64,000 nucleotides of DNA from Dudresnaya verticillata (taxonomy: Eukaryota): positions 1,984,001 through 2,048,000 of the forward strand of contig OZ374557.1 in NCBI GenBank assembly GCA_977862235.1, in the 5' to 3' direction. A program made the position numbers and the translations under genes. This document shows, in pieces, positions 1 through 10,568 of this stretch. A model generated the notes under the pieces. The model saw only the letters and a list, made by a program, of their open reading frames with translations, ran no database searches and was not told the origin of the DNA. Each line of letters begins with the position of its first letter. The first letter of the stretch is position 1.

Positions 1-847
1 TTGGCCAATCAGGTGCCAGAATTTGGCAGCGGCCTCCCCTGAACCCAGGGAGTGTTTCCAGTCTTGCGTCTTCGACGCAAAGTCGAGTGGCGACTAAGTC
101 CCCGACGGGTTATCCCGAAAACCGATCTCCGGCCTAACAGCCCGTAGCCGAACACGGCCAGATCAGGGGACATCCCCAGTGGGTGTGGAACATCCTCCAG
201 CAGGCCAATTCGGGAACCCACTTGTGGTTACCGAATAGCGTGTGAGTTTCCGCACCTCCTTCGGGTTGACCCGCCAGCGGTGTTACCACCTCAGGATATT
301 GAGTCCGAATGGGGTCCTCCCCAGGCTCCCCAGACCTCGCCCTACGCGAGGGCGGAAACCAATAGGCGAAATCGCCACGCATTGGGGATGACCTCTTTTG
401 GTTCCCCAACTTGGGCTATTCCCGTCAACATTCTGGCTCCAAACCCAGTACTGGTGGCACCGTTGCGACTTGGGCGCTCACGCCATTGCTGGTCGCGAAA
501 ATCGCGTTTGGGGTACTTTGCAGTGCCCCGAGACGAGTTAGCTCGATTCTGGGCGCGCAGGGGACTAGCAATATACCCGTCCTCGTTCCCCTTCACGCGC
601 CCAGGGTTTAGTTGGGTTTGACCCGACTGGGTCATAGCGGTCCTGACGCGGTATGAAGGGTTTGCATCGCCTGTGGCACCAGGGACGTTCTACTGGCGAG
701 TTAAGGTGAAGGCACCAGGGGAATGACGTGCACCGTCTTCAAAACGCGTGAAGGCGAGAAAATGGTGAATGCACCTATTGCGCGGGCGGTGCGTCCGTCT
801 ACTGCACGCACCCCCGCAATATTAACGTGTTCACACGAGCTGCACCG

Positions 848-1601
848 TGTGGTGCAATCCACTTGGTAGAATCGAGGATGCACCTCAGGCGGCTCGGGGG
901 CCTGGCGGTAGCAGGTGAGGTAGTAGCGGTAGAGCAGGGGAGTAGCCCCGTAGTGCGACTGTAAAACACTACAAGACCGAGAAAGGGGGTTACCCTAGAA
1001 AGAAAGAGAAAACAAAGAAAAAATAAGAGAAAAACAGGATTCTGTACGATGAAGAAGGGTAGTGGATGTACTGGAGTCCAGCCTAGAGAGGGAGTCGATA
1101 GGGTAGGAGGGTACGTCTCACTGGGCCCAAGCTTGGCCGTTTACTGTACGAGGGCGCACCTCAGGGCCCTAATATACTATGTAGGAGGCGGGTGCGCCTT
1201 GGTGGCGGATTAAGGTAGTGGAAGGGGGGCGCGCCACTTGGCATTACGTGGCGTGGGCAAGTCTATAATTATCTACTAAAATATCAACTGTCAGCCTGTT
1301 GGTAGTGTGGCTTGACAGTGTGCGTGTACGCGTTGTCGCCTTGCGGGGCCATCCTTGCTGGCAGGGGGCGTCGGGCACTGTCAGGCCGGGTGCCTTACAG
1401 GGGCACTTCCCCAGTGTCATTGCTGGTGTATACGCGTGGTGCCAGAGCTTATTACAGGAATTGGCTCTAAGCTCAGACATCCGCACAGCGGTTGATCCGC
1501 AGGAACCGGCCACTGGGCGTCCGTCGTCCGCAGTCGCGTGAGCCGCGGGTACGGCATTATGAAGAATTCTTCAGAAGGGCGCGAAGGCGATTTGCGCCAC
1601 A
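848..1601 (-). repeat. 3' LTR of element A
   Basis: tgtggtgcaatcc...tttgcgccaca; about 8 substitutions and 1 indel versus 13064-13818 (counted by eye). Confidence 0.97.
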
Positions 1602-1611
1602 TCTCCCCCCC
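1602..1611 (-). promoter_or_regulatory. Polypurine tract of element A
   Basis: Minus strand GGGGGGGAGA directly abuts the 3' LTR. Confidence 0.9.
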
Positions 1612-1676
1612 GTTAAGCGGCGAGTACTCGCACGAGCCCACACGAGCAGACCCACCCTTCGCAGGTCGGAGCTCCG

Positions 1677-3440
1677 GTGCCTGTTTCCGGCGCTACTGCG
1701 GTGGCAGCGTGTTTTTTTGCGGAGTCCCGCGTGTCGGCCCCGTTACACGGCATCCTACGTCGGGCAATGCCGCCGAACGTCTCACTGGCGGAGCTAGACC
1801 GCGTGCTTTTGCGCGCCCCGCAGACATCTCCATCTTATCCAACACCAGCCGAGTTTGAAGGCAAGACGCCTTGGCGCGACCTTATTGAGTTCGCGAACGC
1901 CCCGTGGATGTTCCACAATAATTTTGGGAACCATGCTCTCATCGAGCAGTATGTCTCGGAAGACGGCTTCCTTCCTGGGAAGCTTCCCCTGCGCGTATTA
2001 ATGACGCCCGACTGGCGGCGGCACGGCGCCATTCGTCCAGATTGGATCCGCCGTCATGGCGGGGAGGACGTACGCAGGGCAAGGTTGCGGTATGTCCGCT
2101 TGGTCTTCCAGCGGCTTTCCCGCACTCCCTGTCGGGTGGTCATACCGCACGGCTACTGGCTTGACCTTGGCGTCTACCGCACCATTGGGGAAATCCCCTA
2201 TGCTGATGCCCTTGAGAATCTTCCCATCCCGCATGCGTGGGATGGGGTAGAGCCTCGGATGCGCCAGTCGGCACTATTACTGGGCGTGCAGCTTCGTGCG
2301 GAATTCCGCTTTGTGCGCAAACGCGAGAACAACGCATATTGGGACAAGATTCGTTGGGAGCGTCGCGCTCGCTCCCGTCTGGGCTTCCTGGTGCCCTATC
2401 CTAATGTCAAAATCGACGCAATCCATCGCACTTATCGTGATCGATGTTATGTGCGGCTGCCCGTCCCACAGTGGGGCTTGGTGGAGTGTTGTGAGGGTTT
2501 CCTCGTCGAGTTGTCCCCCGCGGTGAGTTACACCATGTCATCCGTTATCAGCTACCCGCAGTCGGGATTGTGGACCGTGTACTACATGGAGTTCGTGGCG
2601 AAAACGGCTGTGCAGTGGCTGTGGGAATTATATGATACGTACCGTATGTGGTACGTATCTCCCACTGTCCTGACGCTCTTTGCCCAGTTGGACTTGAGGA
2701 CTGTCCTCGGCGGGATTAACAACGAAGCGGAATTCCGCGTATTGTTGGGGTTTTATGCCCAGATTGATTGAGATCATGACGACCAGTGGGTCCCGTTGTG
2801 CAACAACAAGAGGAGTTCCTCATCGACTAATTTCTCGCCTGGGCGTCGGCATCCATCTTGCGGCGATTGGGCTTGGTTCGACCCTTGGACGCGAACTTTT
2901 GTCACTGCGGACCGTGCCGCTTGGTTGCGTAACCACCCGCGTTCGATGCCGCCGGGCTAGCCGCGAGGCTACCTGCTGGACCCTGAGGCGGGCGGTGTGG
3001 CCGAGTCGGATTACGAGGAAGGGTTCTCGGGGTCAGACGATGATGGGGAACTCCCCGAGGATGATAGCATGACGGTTGATGCGCCGGTGGCAGAAGGAGA
3101 TCCGGTTGCGGACGTACCTGCCACTACTGATGCTCCGAGTGGGACGGCGGGAGCGGCGGTCGACACGGGTGAGACAAGTGGCGGTGCCGGCGGCACTGTG
3201 ATTGCGCGCGTGACGGCTATTAGGCCGCCGTCGCCTGACCCTGAGGACCAGCCTCGCACTCGTCGCGTGCGGTTGAGCTTCAGCCAGCGTATTGCCGTGA
3301 TCGGCTTTCTGCGACGGACGGGAATTCCCGAGATTTCCATCCGCGGCAGCGACGAGGAGCTCCTCGAGGCTGCCGTGGGCAAGGGGTATAACCCGGATGG
3401 CGAGGATGAAGCAGGCACAAGCGGGCCTGCAGATATCTAG
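1677..3440 (+). pseudogene. Extra ORF antisense to gag-pol in element A (about 560-590 codons, two in-frame stops), function unknown
   Basis: ORFs 1677-2771 and 2997-3440 are in one frame, bridged through TGA 2769-2771 (W in homologs) and TAG near 2958; protein-level homologs at 18040-19737 and 37605-39215. Confidence 0.8.
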
Positions 3441-5378
3441 TCGAGCGTCGACATATGGCGTGGGGCAACCGAACCTGTGGCAGTAGCCCATGCGCTGTAG
3501 TAGGGAGAGCGCCGCCATGATCAGGACTTATTAAAGTTTGCCTGTTTGTTGTCTTGGCCGATGTGTTGCCTTAGTCGTGACGCTACGAAGATGCGTCGCT
3601 GGATAGGAGAATCCCCTTTTGATTGCGCGCGGCGAAGTATCCCAAACGGGTTGTTGTCGACTAGCGACGAGTCGTGTATGTCGTCGTTGAGGCGCGCGCC
3701 ATATAGTGTGGAATTCCACGTTTCGTTAGCGACTTGGACGTAGTGGTCCCCCAGTTGCTGGAGTTCCCAATGCTCAAGGCCGTTGGCGGCTAGTGGTAGT
3801 ATATACGGAATCCCGTTTTGGTCATAGCTTGTAATTCCAACTTAGTCATGCACGACTTGGGGGAGGAGGTGAGGTGTACTTGCGGTCGTCCGCTAGGGTG
3901 GGCCGCTGTGTGGGCATACGGCAGGTGATTGGTGCGGAATACGTCGGCACCATGATTATCCAATGGTTATTCATGGATTGGCGCACTGCACGTGACTTGA
4001 ATGCCCACTGCGGTGGGTACAGTAGACCAAACGCGTACTGTGGTCTAGCCACATTAATTGGGTATACAGAAGTCTGTTATCGAGGGTGCTTGCCTATGTT
4101 GCATGCTGACCCGGTTGCGTAAGCGCCTACCTGAGTAGCTGGGCGATAGGGCGATCCAGCCCGTTCTACGTCGAGTCGAGTTCGACGTGAGAAAGGACGT
4201 ACCCGTCTAGCTAAGTGGAATGCCACGCGAAGTAGTTGCATGCCCACTGTAGGGGTGCCGAAGGGCTGGGGCGTGAACTCTCGGTCGTGTGGAATGCCAA
4301 TGATGCCAAACGCTGGCAGCGGTAGATGCCACATGAGCACACGCAGGCGGAGGTACCCCCTTATCGTTGGGACAGGGGTACACCAGTCCGCCAGTGGCTC
4401 GTGGTTAGCGTATACGGACTTCCGTTCAGCATAATTGCTTTTATAGCGTCTGCCGTAGACGACGGGGATGTGGCTGTAGTAGTTGGTTGTGGCCTTTGTA
4501 GGGTGTTCCCCAATGGTTGTGCATAAAAGGGGTTTCGTGGGACACAACATCTTAGCGAGGTAGGGGCATTGCGCCGGGTTCAACGCGCACGCCCCTTGAT
4601 GTGGAATTGCACTTTTAGTGTGCGGCCTATGTATAAGCATCCCCGTTCACATGGGGGATCGGGCGCCTAAAGCCATCGACGGCTCACGGTAGGGGCTTAC
4701 GCAACCCCAGGTTAGGAATAATGGCCTTTGGGTTCGCTGACCCATCCGTGGTGGAATCGGCCCTTCGGCTACGGAATTCCGTTGTAAACAAAACTGCTTT
4801 GTTAGAATCCGCCGTAGACGGCTTTGGAGGCAGCTGTGGGGCGCGACTGCGCCGACTGCGCTGTGCTACGGTCTGTACAGGGGTGTTCCCCATTTGGGTT
4901 TGCCAACAAGGGCGTTGCGGGGCGCCTCATATGAGCGGGGTCTGGAGCGTTGCGTTGTTTCTGGACGCGAGTGTCCCGCGATGCGGAATTACGCTTTTTT
5001 GGTACAACCTGCGCCGAGGCGTTCCCCTTCGTATGGGAGAGCGGATGCTCAAGGCCATTGATGGCTTGGAACAGTAGTTACGGAATTCCGTTTTGTGCGT
5101 GCTCGCGTTATTGGCTTAGTCGCATTCGACTTTGGGAGTGACGATGGCGATAGCTTGCGGCAGACCGCTAGGGTCAGTGGGCGCGCGTAGCGAATATCCG
5201 ATTGGCGCTGCGATAATTAATATCTCGTCCGACCAATAAGGTTCCATACCGTGGTGTACAGTAGTCCCATTGTACTTGCGCCAACTACTGTAGCATCGAC
5301 TCCTGGGCCCGACTCTTCAATGTGGTGTCTCCACTTCATTTGGACTTAGTAGCCGCGTCCGCGCGTCCCGTTTAGGAG

Positions 5379-8300
5379 TTAGCCCACCATTGCTTTTGTG
5401 ATGGTGGAGGGGACACCGAGACGTCTCCTCTTACAATAGGAGATAACTTGACTCCGCGGCAGATGTTGTATGGGCTCCCATGTATTCTGCGATGACGGGT
5501 ACCCGTACCATTTGACTTCAAACAGAAGTTCTGTACTATCATAGCTGTGGTTCACCAATTTTTCGATGATGTACTCATCACGTTGCTGAGTGTCTGCATT
5601 GTGTCGGTGCCTTGATGACAGGGTGTCATTAGGCGGCGGTGCTTGACGTGGATCCTCTTGCGGAGAGCCTAACTGCGACGCGTGTGGCGCGACGGCAGCA
5701 ATACGGCGACTCCATCTGGGGCTTGGCGTGCCAAGGGTCACGGTTGCAACTTGATTGCAGCCTGCCGCTTCTGACCCAAGGCTGCGGCTCACAAGAGGTC
5801 GCGTAGGGATTTCCCTAATGCTTTCGTCAAATGTGACTCTCTTTCTTGGCGGGCGTGGAGAATTCTCCTTGTTACGGTTTTGCGTTCTCGACGCGTCCGG
5901 CGACACGTCGCGTGTCGCACCTCCAGGAGCGGGATCCTTCCCGTCAGCGGGTAGGATTTCAGCCTGACTATGGGACCGTGACTCGTCCACCTGATTGATG
6001 TCAGCCGAGTTAGCGGCAGGTGTTAGGCGATGGGTGTGTAGTGTCCTGGATGGGTGTGGCTCGAACTCTTCCGTTATTCGACGAATGGGCGAGCCTTTGC
6101 GGAGTATGTCCCGCGTTGCTGCTTCTTGTGGAGTATTCTCCTGGGTGGCGGTTGTGCCGGTATTCTGCGCGGGTTGCCGTTGACGAGGCATTTCCTCCGA
6201 ATGGGGATTTTCCTGTACTTTACCGTTGAAGGCCTTGGCGCCTTCTGAAACAGCGTGCGGTTGATCCGCGATGGGGTGTCCATTTGCGCGGGCGTCGTTC
6301 GCTGGCCTGGATTCCTGCTCCGAACTTGCGGGAGCAGGAGTTGGCGTGGAGGCGGCGGCTTCAGCGCTTGTGGTAGGTGGTGAGTGAATTGCAGTAGTCC
6401 GCGCGCGGACGCCAGCGGTGCGCCCGGGTACTGTTGGCGGCGGTAAATCCGCCAATCCGCGGTCATTGCGTGATTGTAGGGCTGGCGCCACAGCATGAAA
6501 GGTAATTGGGGCATTTTCCCCGTGAGGTACAGTAGCTCCGACGGGGTACTGTACTCGAGTATGATCATTATTGGGATCGTTTGTTGGCGGTAATTCCGCA
6601 TCTGTCTGATCTGCCGTCCCTTTGGCGTTGGCTTGGTTGGTTGCGTCCCTTCGTGGGGTGGGTGCCAACACGACTCTGTCGCGGGAAATCCGCTCGTGTT
6701 CAGGCCCGTCCTTCTCGACGGTGACCGTCTTTTCATATGCGTCACTCACGCGATAGGGGCCGTCGGCGATAGGCGCCAGTTTGTGTTTTGGGGTATCCTT
6801 CCCATAGTACTCCTTGCGTACGTAGACGTAGGAGTCTACTCCGATGACGTCGCGTGAGGGACGTACCCTGTTATCGAAATTGCGCTTGTATCGCGCTTGT
6901 GTCTGGTAAACGCCTTTGGTGGCCGTTGATAGTAGTCCTGTGAGCCAGGACTACCACTTGGCGTGGAATGTAGCCGAACTCGGCACTGGTTCCAGTGAGG
7001 GGTGTGCCTCGACACTTAGAGCGGGTGGAGGTCTGGAAAGTACCAGCTGGAAGGGGGCCAGGTTCGTGGTAGAATGAACTTGCGTATTGTACGCGTAGGT
7101 GGTGGCATCTGAGAATAGATCCCATTCACGCGGATGGTCCGCAACGTAGTGCAGTAGCGCGGCACGCATTGTGCGGTTGAACCGCTCAACCTACCCATTA
7201 CATTGGGGGTGTTAGGTTGTAGTAAAGAGGTTTTTGATCCCCAACGTTCCACATAACGACTGAAACAACTTTGCGGCAAATTGTCCGCCATTATCCGACA
7301 GTAGGTATAACGGAGGTCCGTAGACGTAGACCCAATGCGTAATGAACGCTTCGGCAACTTTCGCAGCCGTAATCTTCTTCATCGGGACTGTCCGAACGAG
7401 TTTGGAGAAACGGTCTGTGATGACCAAGAGGAATCGATTACCCCATTTTGTGCGAATCAGTTCGCCATAGATATCAATGGAGACAAACTCCAGGGGTGAT
7501 TTTGCTGGAAACAGCTTCATGTGCTTTGTATTACGGCGTAGCATAACGCGATTGCGTGCACAGGTTGTGCAGTTTCGTACGGTGGCGTAACAGTCCACAG
7601 CCATGGAAGGCCAATAGAATGATCTACGGAGTGAGTAATACATCTTGCGTCCACCGGGATGTCCGGATAGTTTCGGGAAGTGTGCCAAGTGTAGCACACG
7701 TGCACGAAGAGTGAATGGTATCAAAATTTGAGGAAGTGCCTCTCGTGTGCGAATGAGTACTCCTGTCTCGTCCAGCGCGAACGGTAACCCCTCCCCCCGT
7801 TAAGACGAGAACGCAGGGAGGTGCAGAAAGCATCTGCTAATTGAGTTTGAAGAAGCTCTTCCGTCGTGATTGGGCGCAAGAGCTCGGGTTGTGATGAAGG
7901 CGGATTCGCCAGAAGGAGGCGATCGGCGACGGCTTCATCCAATTCGAGGAATTCCTCCGTATCGCAAACGGCGCAGGTTGAAGGAGCATCCGCTTCGACG
8001 TGAAAACACGGGATTTCGTCGTCGATATCGACTTGGGTTTCGCCAAGCGTTTGCAGGCGTGAAAGGGCGTCCGCTTGGGTGTTGATGCGTCCCTTCTTGT
8101 AGCGGACGGCAAAGTCGAATTCCGACATACGTAAGCGCCAGCGCATAAGGCGCCCGGAGGGATCATTAATCTCCATTAGCCAACGAAGAGAGGAGTGATC
8201 GGTGTGTATGGTAAACGTTTCCATTGTAGGTAGGGCCGTAAAGTGGTAACAGCCCACACCAATGCCAAACACTCCTTCTCGGAAACCGAGTAGTTCTCTT

Positions 8301-10568
8301 CGGCGGCTTGCAGAGAACAGGACCAGTACCCGAGGGGTTTCCTCGTACCGTCGGGGTGCGTTTGGAATAAGCCGCAGCCGACCTGGTGATTCGACGCGTC
8401 GGTATCGACAGAATAGGGCAAGCCAGGTTTTGGCAGAGATAGTACCGGTGGTTCCGTGACGGCTTTGATCAGCGTCTGGAACGCAGCCTTTTGTTTGTCG
8501 TCGAGCGACTCAATATTGTCCGGGTGATCCCTTTTGAGGAGCCGGTTCAGTGGTCCTGCCACGTGAGAGTAATTGGGGACAAACCTCCTATATACGTTGC
8601 ACAAACCGAGGAAAGACCTCAATTCCGTTTGTGTACGTGGGTGTTTTGCTTTGCGGAGTGCCGCAGTGACCGTTGGGTCGACCCGCAGTTCGAAGGGGCG
8701 GATGATATGGCCCAGGTAGTTGACGGTGTTAGTGAACAGGTCACATTTCTTCAGTTTGAGGGTAACCCCGACTTGGTCCAATGCAGTCAGGATCTGCTCG
8801 ACGTGTTTAAAGTGGGATTCTACGTCCTTGGAGTAGATGATAACATCGTCCAAGTAAACGAGGCATGTCTGAAACTTGAAACCTGAGAGCAGGATATCCA
8901 GGGTCCGCTGGAAGGTAGCCGGTGCATTGGTAAGGCCAAATGGCATTCTCTTGTAGCGGGTTCCCGCATGGCATGTAAACGTGGTTTTGTCACGATCGCG
9001 ACCGTTGATGGGGATTTGCCAATACCCCGAGTTACAATCGAGCGTAGTGAAGACGTTTGCTTCGCCGAGTGAATCGATACATTCATCGATGCGCGGTAAT
9101 GGGTATGTATCCCGAACGGTTGCGGCATTTAAACGTCGGTAATCGACACAGAATCGTAAGGTACCGTCCTTTTTAGGCACCAAAACAACTGGAGACGCCC
9201 AGGGAGATTGTGCTGGTTCTATGACGCCAGCTCGTAGCATGCGGTCCACTTCCGCTTGTTCCACTTGGCGTTGCTTCGGTCCCGCCCGATAGGGTGGGCA
9301 CGAGAACGGCCTCGTATCCGGAATCATATCGATATAGTGTTCCGTAGTGGTGATTTCACCTAGTGAACCATCCCACATTGTAGAAAACCTACTAAGTAAT
9401 TGCCGCACGCGCTCGGCGTTATTCTCCGTCAGGTGGGATAAATCCACGTCGTCCACCGAAGGTGGGGGTTCATTTTCAGCTTCAAGGGTCTTCGCATGAG
9501 CGTCACCTTTGTTTGTCGTATTCGACAGTCTTCCCAGTCGTTGGGATCTTGTTGCGGTATCGTCCGCTAAGTCAGCCAACCCAAGCACGTCCGCCAGCCG
9601 GATGGGACTGGGCACCACGGCGGTGGGGTGCGGGAGGGCGGTCGCGACGACCTGGTTCTTCGGAAGAACTTGGTCGTGCGAGGTGAAGTTCGCGACTAGA
9701 ATGCGGAACGGCCGCTTTGGTTCAACATGGGCTATTCCATTCGTCGCGATGATTCCTTGACGGTGATACGGCTTGTCGTAGGGCTGAAGGCAAATCAGCC
9801 CCGCGCGTTCTGTGATCACTGAAACCCACTTTTACGCTTGGGCTCGGATTACGGTTCGTCCCGCTACGCGTATTTTCGTTGAGGTATGACCTCGTAGTGG
9901 CTCATACTCCTGATCGTCAGATAGTGGTGGAGCCGTGGGCGGTCGCTTCAATGGTCGCCGTGTAATCGGCACGCGAGTCCCATTGTCGAGTTCGATTCAC
10001 GGCTCCTCGGATAGATGGCTTCTACGAAACGGTCGCAGAAGTCACATCCGAGGATGACCGGAGCGGCGAGTCTATCGCAGACAATAAAGTCAAGTTTGAC
10101 AATGCGGTCGCCCAGTCGAACGACCAAGGCGATGACGCCGGATGCTTGCAACGGCCTATTGTTGGCGTCGCTGATGGTGGGGATGTCCCCTTCTCGCATG
10201 CGGGATTCCGCTTGTGGTGGCAGTTCAGATTTTCTGATAAAGTTGGGACCGGCACCGGTATCTAGCACAGTACGTTTACGCGATAGGTAGCTTGGGTGTA
10301 AACCCGTATCTGCGTATACTTTAAAGTTGCGCTTTGCCGCTATCAGCAATTCGCCTTGTGCATGCGGTGGACGGTACCGGTGCCAGAGCCTGCGTAATCC
10401 AGCCATTGGTGGCGAGGCCGAGGTCCGACTAGTCCTTGCAGGGTTCTGCAGTATGATCTTTGGAGTTATATCCTCCTGCTTGTCGGGTCGTGACCCTTGA
10501 ACTTCGATCGGAAATGGTTCCGGTTGAAGTTCCCCAGTCAAAGGGGGTATGACCCCGATTAGTTTTTC
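5379..10568 (-). pseudogene. pol: pol of element A: protease, RT, RNase H, integrase, long linker, chromodomain; several frameshifts and stops
   Basis: PR VLDTGAGPN; RT LRFCVDYRRLN, YLDD; RH TDAS, EKEC, TDHSSL; IN HHCC (H..GHPG..C..C), LSDNG, ERFNRT; chromodomain YIIEKLVNH...FEVKWYGYPSSQNTWEP. Confidence 0.95.

Noticed and set aside
1..847. Defined element in the left flank and its continuation 13824-14640
   Set aside because: Repeat-like and CpG-rich, but no termini, TSD or protein motif could be established
1244..1541. Duplicated 80-89 aa ORFs (also 13461-13758)
   Set aside because: Identical only because they lie within the two LTRs; no coding evidence
1677..3440. Extra ORF as a retroviral env gene
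   Set aside because: Antisense orientation; no signal peptide or transmembrane segment evident
4077..5141. ORFs in the element A spacer, and the many short overlapping ORFs window-wide
   Set aside because: Shadow frames expected in GC-rich DNA; no motifs and no conservation between elements A and B
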